Shown: positions 18,669 through 27,260, numbered from the stretch's first letter. The stretch: DNA of 32,000 nucleotides from Cereibacter sphaeroides 2.4.1 (GCF_000012905.2 NC_007493.2:1470001-1502000); one strand, 5' to 3'. Notes: generated by a model not told the origin, from the sequence alone. A program made the numbers and translations.

Positions 18669-19387
18669 GCGAGCCAGCCCAGCACCGCCTCGGGGGTCTC
18701 GACGCGCGGACGCGGCGGGATCGCGGGCCGGTCGATCAGCACGACCGGCAGACCCAGCTCCCGCGCGGCATCGAGCTTGGCGCGCGCGCCCTCGCCGCCT
18801 GCGTTCTTGGCCACGATCCACTGGATCTCGTGACGGCGCAGAAGCTCCAGATCCTCGGCCAGCGTGAAGGGGCCGCGGGCGACGATCGCCTCCGCCCGGG
18901 GCAAGGGCAGCGCATCGGGCGGATCGACGAGGCGCAGCAGGTAGTGATGCTGCGCCCGGCCCGCGAAGGCCGCGAGATGCAGGCGCCCGATGGCGAGGAA
19001 GACCCGCGCGGGCGCCTCGGGCAGCGCCTCGGCGGCGGCCTCGATCGAGGGGACGCGGATCCAGCGGTCCCCCGGCCCCGCCGCCCAGGGCGCGCGTTCG
19101 AGCGCCACCAGCGCCGTGCCGGTGGCGGCACAGGCCTCGACCGCGTTCCGGCTCATCTGCGCGGCGAACGGATGGGTTGCGTCGATGACATGGGTGATGC
19201 CCTCCTCCCGGATGTAGGCCGCAAGCCCCTCGGTGCCCCCGAAGCCGCCCACCCGCAGGGGCAAGGGCTGCGCCACGGGCGCGGCGGTGCGGCCCGCGTA
19301 GGAGAAGACGGCCGGCAAGCCCGCCTCGGCCAGAGCGCGCGCCATGCGGCTGGCCTCGGTCGTGCCGCCCAGAAGGAGGATGCGCAT
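18644..19387 (-). CDS. cobK: Precorrin-6A reductase.
   Basis: MRILLLGGTTEASRMARALAEAG...ATHPFAAQMS...IDRP. The start is taken at ATG 19387; the track ORF extends to 19411. It is the only minus-strand gene inside the cobW-to-cobF block (the cobO/NnrS-like pair upstream of the riboswitch is also minus-strand). Confidence 0.9.
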   Translation of the reverse strand: MRILLLGGTTEASRMARALAEAGLPAVFSYAGRTAAPVAQPLPLRVGGFGGTEGLAAYIREEGITHVIDATHPFAAQMSRNAVEACAATGTALVALERAPWAAGPGDRWIRVPSIEAAAEALPEAPARVFLAIGRLHLAAFAGRAQHHYLLRLVDPPDALPLPRAEAIVARGPFTLAEDLELLRRHEIQWIVAKNAGGEGARAKLDAARELGLPVVLIDRPAIPPRPRVETPEAVLGWLAHPADLGV

Positions 19388-20549
19388 GGCTGATCCCTGG
19401 CTCTCGATCATCGGTCTCGGCGAAGATGGACCGGCGGGACTTCCGGATGCAAGCCGGGCCGCGCTGGAAGCGGCCGAGGTCGTGGTGGGCGGGCCGCGGC
19501 ATCTGGCGCTGGTGGATGCCCGGGCGCGCGGGATGGAATGGCCGGTGCCCTTCGATCCCGCCCCTGTGCTGGCCCTGCGCGGACGCCCCGTCGCCGTGCT
19601 CGCCTCGGGCGATCCGTTCTGGCATGGCGCGGGCGGCAGCCTCGCCGCGGCGCTGTCGCCCGGCGAATGGCGCGCCTATCCCGCGCCCGGCGTGGTCGCG
19701 CTGGCCGCGGCCCGGCTCGGCTGGCGGCAGGAGGAGCTGCTGGCGCTGGGCCTTCACGCCGCGCCCTTCGAGCGGCTGCTGCCCGAGCTGGCCCCCGGCC
19801 GCCGCGGGGTCTGCACGCTCCGCGACGGGCCTGCCGCCGGGGCGCTGGCCGCCTTCCTTGCGGCGGAGGGCTGGGGCGAGAGCCGGCTCTGGGTGATGGA
19901 GGCTCTGGGCGGGCCGCGCGAGCGGGTGCGCGCCACCACCGCGGGCGCTTTCTCTCTGACGGATGTCGCGGCCCCGGTGACGGTGGCCTTCGAGGCCGAG
20001 GGCGGGCGGGCGCAGCCGCGCAGCGCGGGCCTCCCCGACAGCCTCTTCGCCCATGACGGGCAGATCACCAAGGCTCCGGTCCGGGCGCTGACGCTCGCGG
20101 CCCTCGCGCCGCGGCGGGGCGAGATACTGTGGGATCTGGGTGCGGGCTCTGGCTCGGTCTCGGTCGAATGGTGCCTCGCGGGCGGCCGGGCCGTTGCTGT
20201 GGAACTCCGCCCCGAGCGCGCGGCCAACATCCGCGCCAATGCCGCCCGCTTCGCCCTGCCGCTGGAGGTGGTCGAGGGGCGCGCGCTGGACAATCTGCCC
20301 GCGTTGCCCGCGCCGGATGCGATCTTCGTGGGCGGCGGCTTCGACGAGGCGCTGTTCGCGGCGCTGCCGCCCACGGCCCGGCTCGTGGTCAATGCGGTGA
20401 CGCTCGAAACCGAGGCGCTGCTCGCGGCCCTTCAGGCCCGCCACGGCGGCGAGCTCCTGCGGATCGAGCTGGCGCGCGCGGCCCCGCTCGGGCGGATGCG
20501 CGGCTGGGAGGCCGCCCGGCCCGTGGTGCAATGGAGCCTCGTGCGATGA
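19386..20549 (+). CDS. cobL: Precorrin-6Y C5,15-methyltransferase (decarboxylating), a CbiE+CbiT fusion.
   Basis: MADPWLSIIGLGEDGPAGL is the CbiE-like N-terminus. WDLGAGSGSVSVEW is the SAM-binding motif of the CbiT-like C-terminus. GGAGGA lies 5 nt upstream of ATG 19386. Confidence 0.92.
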   Translation: MADPWLSIIGLGEDGPAGLPDASRAALEAAEVVVGGPRHLALVDARARGMEWPVPFDPAPVLALRGRPVAVLASGDPFWHGAGGSLAAALSPGEWRAYPAPGVVALAAARLGWRQEELLALGLHAAPFERLLPELAPGRRGVCTLRDGPAAGALAAFLAAEGWGESRLWVMEALGGPRERVRATTAGAFSLTDVAAPVTVAFEAEGGRAQPRSAGLPDSLFAHDGQITKAPVRALTLAALAPRRGEILWDLGAGSGSVSVEWCLAGGRAVAVELRPERAANIRANAARFALPLEVVEGRALDNLPALPAPDAIFVGGGFDEALFAALPPTARLVVNAVTLETEALLAALQARHGGELLRIELARAAPLGRMRGWEAARPVVQWSLVR

Positions 20550-20920
20550 TCGTGGCAGGGCTCGGCTTCCGGGAGAGCGCGACCGAGGAGGAGCTGGCCG
20601 CGGCGCTGGGCGATGAGGCGCCCGAGCTTCTCGCCACGCTCGAGGCGCGCGCGGCCCTGCCCGCCTTTCAGGCGCTGGCCCGGAGGCTCGGGCTGCCGGT
20701 GCGCGCGCTGCCCGAGGCCGCGCTCGCCGGCGTCGCCACCCCCACCCGCTCGGCGCGGATCGAAGAGCGGTTCGGCACCGGCTCGATCGCCGAGGCGGCG
20801 GCGCTGGTGGCCGCGGGCCCCGGCGCCACCTTGATGCGGACCCGCCGGATCGCCGGGCCCGTGACGATTGCCGTGGCCCGCTCGGCCGCGGATCCTGACA
20901 GAAAGGGAGCCACGGCATGA
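20546..20920 (+). CDS. cobE: Cobalamin biosynthesis protein CobE (CbiG C-terminal-domain-like).
   Basis: This is the in-frame Met of ORF 20129..20920. It is 124 aa: [17 protein letters not shown]...[20 protein letters not shown]. There are ATGA overlaps with both cobL and cobM. Confidence 0.78.
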   Translation: MIVAGLGFRESATEEELAAALGDEAPELLATLEARAALPAFQALARRLGLPVRALPEAALAGVATPTRSARIEERFGTGSIAEAAALVAAGPGATLMRTRRIAGPVTIAVARSAADPDRKGATA

Positions 20921-21699
20921 CCGTGCATTTCATCGGAGCGGGCCCCGGAGCGCCCGACCTCATCACGCTGCGCGGGCGCGACCTGATCGCCGCCTCGCCG
21001 GTCTGTCTCTATGCGGGCTCGCTGGTGCCCGAGGGCGTGCTGGCCCATTGCCCGCCCGGCTGCCGCATCGTGAACACGGCGCCGCTCAGCCTCGAGGCCA
21101 TCGTGGAGGAGATCGCCGCCGCCCATGCCGAGGGCAAGGACGTGGCGCGTCTCCATTCCGGCGATCTCTCGGTCTGGTCGGCGATGGGCGAGCAGCTGCG
21201 CCGGCTGCGCGCGCTGGGTATTCCCTATGACGTGACGCCGGGGGTGCCCTCCTTCGCCGCGGCCGCGGCCACGCTCGGGGCCGAGCTCACGCTGCCGGGG
21301 GTCGCGCAATCGGTGGTGCTGACCCGCACCTCGGGGCGTGCCTCTCCCATGCCCGAGGGCGAGAGTCTCGCGGCCTTCGCGGCCACGGGCGCCGTGCTGG
21401 CGATCCATCTTTCGGTTCATGTGCTGGGGCGCGTCTTGGCCGAGCTTCTGCCGCATTACGGCGCGGATTGCCCGGTGGCCGTGGTCTGGCGCGCGAGCTG
21501 GCCCGACGAGCGGGTGGTGCGCGCGACCCTGGGCAGTCTCGAGGCCGCGCTCGGGCCGGAGCTGGAGCGGACGGCGCTCATTCTCGTGGGCCGCAGTCTC
21601 GGCGCGGAGGATTTCGCCGAGAGCCGCCTCTATGCCGGCGACTACGACCGCCGCTACCGCCCCGTGGGCACCCATCCGCGCTTTCCGGAGGAGGCATGA
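20917..21699 (+). CDS. cobM: Precorrin-4 C11-methyltransferase.
   Basis: 260 aa. [37 protein letters not shown]...[15 protein letters not shown]...[12 protein letters not shown] closely matches the CobM sequence I remember from Pseudomonas denitrificans. Confidence 0.95.
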   Translation: MTVHFIGAGPGAPDLITLRGRDLIAASPVCLYAGSLVPEGVLAHCPPGCRIVNTAPLSLEAIVEEIAAAHAEGKDVARLHSGDLSVWSAMGEQLRRLRALGIPYDVTPGVPSFAAAAATLGAELTLPGVAQSVVLTRTSGRASPMPEGESLAAFAATGAVLAIHLSVHVLGRVLAELLPHYGADCPVAVVWRASWPDERVVRATLGSLEAALGPELERTALILVGRSLGAEDFAESRLYAGDYDRRYRPVGTHPRFPEEA

Positions 21700-22421
21700 C
21701 CGGCTTCGTCTCCTTCGTCTCCTCGGGGCCGGGCGACCCCGAACTTCTCACGCTGAAGGCGGTGGACCGGCTCGGCCGCGCCGATGCGGTGCTGTTCGAC
21801 GACCTTTCCTCGGGGCCGATCCTCGCCCATGCCCGTCCGGAGGCGGATCTCGTGGGCGTGGGCAAACGCGCGGGCCGCGCCTCGCCGAAGCAGGATCATG
21901 TGAGCCGGCTGCTCGTGGATTATGCCCGGACGGGCGGGCGCGTCGTGCGGCTGAAATCGGGCGATGCGGGGCTTTTCGGGCGGCTCGAGGAGGAGATCGA
22001 GGCGCTCGAGGCGGCGGGGATCGGCTACGAGATCGTGCCGGGCGTGCCCTCGGCCTGTGCCGCCGCGGCGGCGGCGGGCATTCCCCTCACTCGCAGGCTC
22101 ACGGCGCGGCGGGTGCAGTTCCTGACCGGGGCCGACGTGACCGGCGGCCTGCCGCAGCAGAACCTCGCGGCGCTGGCCGATCCGGCGGCCACGACGGTGG
22201 TCTTCATGGGCAAGCGTACCTTCCCGACACTGGCCGCGGCGCTGTTCGCGGCGGGACTGCCCGAGACCACACCCGCGCTGCTGGCCGAAGGCGTCTCGAC
22301 GCCCGCGCAACGGATCTGGCGCGGCACGCTCGGGACACTCGTGGAGGAGGTGGCGCGGGCCGGCGAGGCGCCGGCGCTGATCCTCTACGGGCCGCTCGCG
22401 GACGCGGAGGAAGAGCGATGA
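21696..22421 (+). CDS. cobA: Uroporphyrinogen-III C-methyltransferase (SUMT).
   Basis: This is the in-frame Met of ORF 21468..22421. It is 241 aa with [26 protein letters not shown] and [12 protein letters not shown]. There is an ATGA overlap with cobM. Confidence 0.88.
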   Translation: MTGFVSFVSSGPGDPELLTLKAVDRLGRADAVLFDDLSSGPILAHARPEADLVGVGKRAGRASPKQDHVSRLLVDYARTGGRVVRLKSGDAGLFGRLEEEIEALEAAGIGYEIVPGVPSACAAAAAAGIPLTRRLTARRVQFLTGADVTGGLPQQNLAALADPAATTVVFMGKRTFPTLAAALFAAGLPETTPALLAEGVSTPAQRIWRGTLGTLVEEVARAGEAPALILYGPLADAEEER

Positions 22422-22511
22422 TCGGCACGGCAAAGCGCCCTGCATTTCGCGAAGCGCGAACGGCATGTCCCTTGAAGGGCGCATCCGCGACCCCGGGGAA
22501 AGTGGCCTGCG

Positions 22512-23276
22512 ATGCGTGAGCTTCTTCTCATCGGGATCGGAACCGGCAACCCGGACCATCTGACCGCCGAGGGCCGGCGGCGGATGGCCGAGGCCGACCT
22601 GATCCTCGTGCCGCGCAAGGGGCGCGACAAGTCGGACCTGGCCGAGATCCGCCGCGCGATCTGCGCCGACGCGGCCCCCCTTGTCCCGGTGGCCGAGTTC
22701 GATCTGCCCGTGCGCGATGCGGCCAACCCCGACTACCGTCAGGGCGTCGAGGACTGGCACGATGCCATCGCGCTCGCCTGGGCACGCGCGGCGGGCGGCG
22801 CGGCCCGGGTGGCGCTGCTGATCTGGGGCGATCCGTCGCTCTACGATTCGAGCCTGCGCATCGCGGCGCGGCTCGATCCGGCGCCACAGGTGCGCGTCGT
22901 GCCGGGGATCACGGCAATTCAGGCGCTCTGCGCGGCCCATGCGATCCCGCTGAATGCGGTGGGCGCGCCGGTGCTGGTCACCACCGGTCGGCGGTTGAGG
23001 GACGAGGGCTGGCCCGCGGGCGTCGACCGTTTGGCCGTGATGCTCGACGGCGAGACGAGTTTTCGCGGCCTCGATCCGCAGGGCGTGCGGATCTGGTGGG
23101 GCGCCTATCTCGGAATGGCGGAGCAGATCCTCGAGGCGGGACCGCTGGCCGAGGCCGGCCCGCGCATCCTCGCCACCCGTGCCGCCGCGCGCGCGCGCCA
23201 TGGCTGGATCATGGATATCTATCTCCTCGACCGCGAGACCGATGATCGGCGCAAGGACGGTTCGGGAGAGACCTGA
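22512..23276 (+). CDS. cobF: Precorrin-6A synthase (deacetylating).
   Basis: 254 aa. Motifs are LLLIGIGTGNPDHLT, WGDPSLYDS, VPGITAIQAL and the CobF-typical C-terminus TRAAARARHGWIMDIYLL. Confidence 0.92.
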   Translation: MRELLLIGIGTGNPDHLTAEGRRRMAEADLILVPRKGRDKSDLAEIRRAICADAAPLVPVAEFDLPVRDAANPDYRQGVEDWHDAIALAWARAAGGAARVALLIWGDPSLYDSSLRIAARLDPAPQVRVVPGITAIQALCAAHAIPLNAVGAPVLVTTGRRLRDEGWPAGVDRLAVMLDGETSFRGLDPQGVRIWWGAYLGMAEQILEAGPLAEAGPRILATRAAARARHGWIMDIYLLDRETDDRRKDGSGET

Positions 23277-23444
23277 CCGGCGGGGAGAACCGCCCCGATG
23301 GTCGGATGGCGGCCAGGGCGCCGGGCGGGCGCCCGTGCAGGCCTCTCCCCCCGAAGGGCCCGGATTTCCGTTTGGACACCCGGACCTGTCAGACCGCGCT
23401 CGCCTACTCTCTCAAGAGAGGCTGCCTCATCCCAAGGTCGTGTT

Positions 23445-23468
23445 GAACCTTGGCGGGCTTTCGGCGTT
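23445..23468 (+). promoter_or_regulatory. GAAC-N16-CGTT motif, which resembles an EcfG-type ECF sigma promoter.
   Basis: tGAAC-cttggcgggctttcgg-CGTT lies about 50 nt upstream of the sORF start. The -35-like part sits inside a 7-bp hairpin (23432..23453). I cannot tell whether this organism has an EcfG-type sigma factor. Confidence 0.2.
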
Positions 23469-23517
23469 TCATCTTCATCAAGCCCGCAGCTTCCGCGGGC
23501 ACTCAAGGAGAGATGCG

Positions 23518-23622
23518 ATGTTCCCCGTTCCCCGTCTGACCTATGAGGCTCTGGCCATGGTCATGCCGCCACCGGTCCTCGAATTCTGGTATTCTCCGCT
23601 GCCGACCGGCTGCTCGCTCTGA
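23518..23622 (+). CDS. Candidate 34-aa small protein (MFPVPRLTYEALAMVMPPPVLEFWYSPLPTGCSL).
   Basis: A strong AAGGAGAG Shine-Dalgarno lies 5-6 nt upstream of the ATG. GC3 is about 75% by hand count. A 10-bp GNRA hairpin follows 4 nt after the stop. I recognise no homolog. Confidence 0.35.
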   Translation: MFPVPRLTYEALAMVMPPPVLEFWYSPLPTGCSL

Positions 23623-23626
23623 CTTC

Positions 23627-23650
23627 ATGCCCCTGCGCAAGCGGGGGCAT
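23627..23650. terminator. Stem-loop between the sORF and the convergent aroB 3' end.
   Basis: ATGCCCCTGC-GCAA-GCGGGGGCAT is a 10-bp stem (one G-U pair) with a GNRA tetraloop. There is no U-tract, which is common in high-GC alphaproteobacteria. Confidence 0.45.
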
Positions 23651-23724
23651 CCCGAGCGGCGCATGCAGGGCGCCACTTCTCCTGCACCATACCGCCAGCT
23701 TTAAGCGCGAATAAAGACGCTGAC

Positions 23725-24837
23725 TCAACGCTGTGCCAGGGCATCCTCAAGCAGCGTGCGAACCACGTCTCCCGGCACGTCATCGGCGACGAAGGCCTGT
23801 CCGATGCCGCGGGCGAGGATGAAGCGCAGCTTGCCGTCCACCACCTTCTTGTCCTGCGCCATCAGGGCGAGCAGCGCCTCGGCGGAGGGCAGATCGCCCG
23901 GGATGTCGCGGAGGTCGACCTTCATGCCCATGGCCCGCAGATGGGCGCGCAGGCGGCTCGGCGCTTCCTGGGCGCAGAGGCCGAGACGCTGGCTCAGCTC
24001 GAAGGCCAGCGCGCAGCCGATGGCCACGCCTTCCCCATGGAGGAGCCGGCCGGAATAGCCGGTGGCCTTTTCCAGCGCGTGGCAGAAGGTATGGCCGAGG
24101 TTCAGCAGCGCGCGGTCGCCCTCCTCGGTCTCGTCGCGGGCCACGATCTCGGCCTTCATCTCGACCGAGCGGCGCACGGCACGCTGGCGGGCCTCGGCGT
24201 CAGCGGCCAGCCGCGGGCCCGCCTCCTCCAGCCATTCGTAGAAATCGGCGTCGCCGAGCAGGCCGTATTTCACCACCTCGCCGTAACCCGCGCGGAAGTC
24301 GCGCGGCGGCAGCGTCTCGAGGACGCCGATGTCGGCCAGCACCAGCGAGGGCTGGTGGAAGGCGCCGACGAGGTTCTTGCCTTGGGCCGTGTTGATCCCG
24401 GTCTTGCCGCCGACCGAGCTGTCGACCTGCGCCAGAAGCGTCGTCGGCACCTGCACGAAGCGCACGCCGCGGCGCAGGACGGCGGCCGCGAAGCCCGCCA
24501 GATCGCCGATCACCCCGCCGCCCAGCGCCACCACCACGTCGCGCCGCTCGACCTTCTCCTCGAGCAGCCATTCGACGGCGCGGGCGAACTGCGGCCAGCC
24601 CTTGGTGGCCTCGCCCGCGGGCAGCGCCAGCGCCGAGGAGGCGATGCCCGCCTCGGCCAGCGCCTGCCGGAAGGGATCGAGATGCAGCCCCGCCACCGTC
24701 TCGTCGGTGAGGATCGCCACCTTCGGCCGCCGCAGGAGCGGCGCGATCTCGGCCCCCGCCCGCGCGATGAGCCCCGGCCCGATCCGCACCTCGTAGGCGC
24801 GCGCGCCCAGCTCTACCCGCACCGCATCGACCGTCAT
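23725..24837 (-). CDS. aroB: 3-dehydroquinate synthase.
   Basis: This is the internal Met of ORF 23725..25584. It is 370 aa: MTVDAVRVELGARAYEVRIG...ALGGGVIGDLAGFAAA...VPTTLLAQVDSSVGGKTGIN...LNLGHTFCHALE. The ATG overlaps the aroK stop (ATGA). Confidence 0.95.
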   Translation of the reverse strand: MTVDAVRVELGARAYEVRIGPGLIARAGAEIAPLLRRPKVAILTDETVAGLHLDPFRQALAEAGIASSALALPAGEATKGWPQFARAVEWLLEEKVERRDVVVALGGGVIGDLAGFAAAVLRRGVRFVQVPTTLLAQVDSSVGGKTGINTAQGKNLVGAFHQPSLVLADIGVLETLPPRDFRAGYGEVVKYGLLGDADFYEWLEEAGPRLAADAEARQRAVRRSVEMKAEIVARDETEEGDRALLNLGHTFCHALEKATGYSGRLLHGEGVAIGCALAFELSQRLGLCAQEAPSRLRAHLRAMGMKVDLRDIPGDLPSAEALLALMAQDKKVVDGKLRFILARGIGQAFVADDVPGDVVRTLLEDALAQR

Positions 24838-25376
24838 TCGTCCGTCTCCAGCACATCGGGGCGGGTGGCCAGCGCCTCGCGCACCCGCACCGCCATCTGT
24901 TCCACCGTTCCCTCGCCGCTTTCCACCGCGAGATCCGCCTGCGCATAGACCGGATCGCGCGCCTCGAGAAGCGCGCGCAGCGTCTCGCGCGGGTTGGGCG
25001 TGCGCAGGAGCGGCCGCGTCGCCTTGTGCCGCACCCGGTGCCAGAGCACGTCGAGGTCGGCCTTGAGCCAGACCGACACGCCCTGCTCGCGGATCATGCG
25101 GCGGTTGCCCTCGGCCATGAAGGCGCCGCCGCCGGTGGAGAGCACGCAGGGGCTGCCGCGCAGGAGCCGCGCGAGGACCTGGCTCTCCTTCTCGCGGAAG
25201 AAGGGCTCGCCGTCGCGGGCGAAGATTTCGGCGATGGTCCGGTTGGCGGCCCGCTCGATCTCCTCGTCCGAATCGAGAAAGGGCACGTTCAGACCCCGGG
25301 CCAGCGCGCTGCCCACGGCCGTCTTTCCCGCCCCCATCATGCCCACCATCACAACGGTTTTCTTCAGCCGCGCCAT
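24834..25376 (-). CDS. aroK: Shikimate kinase.
   Basis: This is the internal Met of ORF 24834..25490. MARLKKTVVMVGMMGAGKTAVG is the P-loop; FLDSDEEIE and LSTGGGAF are also present. 180 aa. Confidence 0.93.
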   Translation of the reverse strand: MARLKKTVVMVGMMGAGKTAVGSALARGLNVPFLDSDEEIERAANRTIAEIFARDGEPFFREKESQVLARLLRGSPCVLSTGGGAFMAEGNRRMIREQGVSVWLKADLDVLWHRVRHKATRPLLRTPNPRETLRALLEARDPVYAQADLAVESGEGTVEQMAVRVREALATRPDVLETDE

Positions 25377-25567
25377 CACTTGCCGGCCATCCTCCCTGTT
25401 CCCGCGCCGGCGCACTTCCGCCCCGACCTTCAACTTTGTTGCCTGAATGGCGTGAAGTCGGCTGAAAAGCCATATATATTCGACGCGCACGATCCCTGTG
25501 GCCGCCGCTTCGGGCGCGGCCTGCAGGGCAACAAAGAACCGGGGCAGAACGAGGGTCGGAAACAGGC

Positions 25568-25702
25568 ATGTGGCGCATCTTCAAGGCTTTGCTGGTGCTT
25601 GTGGTGGTGGGGTTGATCGCGCTGACGGGCTATGCCTATCTCGCCGACCTGTCGCCGCCGCAGACGGAGGTGACGAAGCCGGTGATGCTGAATGCCCAGT
25701 GA
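25568..25702 (+). CDS. Candidate 44-aa single-pass membrane peptide (MWRIFKALLVLVVVGLIALTGYAYLADLSPPQTEVTKPVMLNAQ).
   Basis: This is my own translation; it falls below the track's length cut-off. It has one clear TM helix, and its stop overlaps the next ORF's start region by 11 nt. The Shine-Dalgarno is weak. Confidence 0.35.
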   Translation: MWRIFKALLVLVVVGLIALTGYAYLADLSPPQTEVTKPVMLNAQ

Positions 25703-27260
25703 CCACAGGTCGGCGTCGCTTCAGGGCGGGGCGCGACAGGGCGCCGCGGCCATCTGCGCGCTGATCGGCCTGTCGGCGGGCGCGGCCGCGCAGGAGCCGC
25801 TGTCGGCGATCGACTGGCTGTCGCGGTCGGTCGCGGCACCGGTCAAGCTGGCCGCACCGCCCGAGGAACCCAAGGTCACCAAGGGCGCGCTGCCGGCGGA
25901 AGTGGCGGTCACGCCGCTCGACGGGCCCTCGCCCGATGCGGCGGGCATCCTGCCCGCGTCGCGCACCGGCCTGCCGCACGCGCTCTGGGGCATGGGGCGC
26001 ACCACCGAGATCGCGAACCGGATCGCCATCGCACCGACCGCCACGCTGCCTGCCCTCCAGTCGCTGCTGACGACGATGCTTCTGGCCGAAGCCGAGCCGC
26101 CGGCCGATTCCGAGGGCAAGGGGCGGCTGCTGCTCGCGCGCGTCGACAAGCTGCTGGCCATGGGGGCGCTCGAAGGAGCGAAGAGCCTGATCGATGCGGC
26201 CGGCGACGAGGGCCCCGAGATCTTCCGCCGCAAGTTCGACATCGCGCTGCTGACCGGCGAGGAGGATGCCTCCTGCGTCGAGCTGCAGAAGTCGCCCGAC
26301 CTCGCGCCGACCCTGCCCGCCCGGATCTTCTGTCTGGCGCGCTCGGGCGACTGGAACGCCGCCGCGCTGACGCTCCGGACGGCGCAGGCGCTGGGGTTCG
26401 TCGACGATGCGCAGGATGCGCTCCTGTCGCGGTTTCTCGACCCGGATCTCTACGAGGGCGAAGGGCCGCTCACCCCGCCCGCCCGGGTGACACCGCTCGA
26501 CTGGCGGCTGCTCGAAGCGGTGGGCGAGCCCCTGCCCACCCAGTCGCTGCCCATCGCCTTCGCCCATGCCGAACTGCGCGACACGGCGGGCTGGAAGGCG
26601 CAGATCGAGGCGGCCGAGCGGCTGTCGCGGGCAGGCGCGCTCGATCCGAACCTGCTCGTCGGGCTCTATACCGCGCGGAAGGCCGCGGCCTCGGGCGGGG
26701 TCTGGGACCGAGTGCGCGCCTTTCAGGCGCTGGACGAGGCCCTGACGGCGAAGGATGCGGCCGCGGTGGCCCGGACGCTGCCCGTGGCCTACGACCGGAT
26801 GTCGGAGGTGGAGCTGGAGGTCACGCTCTCGCGTCTCGTGGCCGACCGGCTCGACGGCATGACCCTGCCGGCCGAGGCGGAGGCGCTGGCCTTCCGCATG
26901 GGGCTTCTGTCGATGGAGGCGGAGGCCGTGGCGAAGGCCCACAAGCCCCGCGACGCGGCCGAGCGTTTCCTCGTCGCGCTGGCGGCGGGCGATCCGGCGA
27001 AGGCCGACCCGGCCGATCCGATGGGGCGCGCCATCGCGGCGGGCTTCGGCAAGGCCGCGCCGTCCGAAGCCGTCAAGGAGCTTCTGGCGCAGGACCGGCC
27101 CGGCGAGGCACTGCTTCTGGCGCTCGAAGAGGTCGCGCGCGGCATGGACGGCGACACGACCGGCGTGACGCAGGGCCTCGCCCTTTTCCGCGAACTGGGT
27201 CTGCAGAAGATCGCGCGCCGCACCGCGCTCGAACTCATGCTGCTGGAGCGACGCGGCTGA
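25692..27260 (+). CDS. Exported Ala/Leu-rich hypothetical protein with a Sec signal peptide.
   Basis: 522 aa. The N-terminus RQGAAAICALIGLSAGAAA/QEP looks like a signal peptide with an AxA cleavage site. The remainder is predicted to be helical. I recognise no family. Confidence 0.72.
   Translation: MPSDHRSASLQGGARQGAAAICALIGLSAGAAAQEPLSAIDWLSRSVAAPVKLAAPPEEPKVTKGALPAEVAVTPLDGPSPDAAGILPASRTGLPHALWGMGRTTEIANRIAIAPTATLPALQSLLTTMLLAEAEPPADSEGKGRLLLARVDKLLAMGALEGAKSLIDAAGDEGPEIFRRKFDIALLTGEEDASCVELQKSPDLAPTLPARIFCLARSGDWNAAALTLRTAQALGFVDDAQDALLSRFLDPDLYEGEGPLTPPARVTPLDWRLLEAVGEPLPTQSLPIAFAHAELRDTAGWKAQIEAAERLSRAGALDPNLLVGLYTARKAAASGGVWDRVRAFQALDEALTAKDAAAVARTLPVAYDRMSEVELEVTLSRLVADRLDGMTLPAEAEALAFRMGLLSMEAEAVAKAHKPRDAAERFLVALAAGDPAKADPADPMGRAIAAGFGKAAPSEAVKELLAQDRPGEALLLALEEVARGMDGDTTGVTQGLALFRELGLQKIARRTALELMLLERRG

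Noticed and set aside
17880-20966. A 1028-aa minus-strand ORF spanning cobJ to cobM.
   Set aside because: It has the same shadow-ORF signature. It is in a different frame from the genuine minus-strand cobK and carries no conserved motifs.
22422-22511. A small palindrome, TTCGCG-AAG-CGCGAA, in the 90-nt cobA-cobF gap as a possible terminator or operator.
   Set aside because: It has a 6-bp stem with a 3-nt loop and no U-tract. It is too weak to call and is probably just an intercistronic spacer within the operon.
23340-23400. SRP (4.5S) RNA-like GGTCCGG segment on the minus strand, and other known riboswitch classes in the cobF-aroB spacer.
   Set aside because: The conserved GGAAGCAGC part of the SRP domain IV motif is absent. 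No ZTP, glycine, fluoride or SAM-II core sequences could be aligned by eye.
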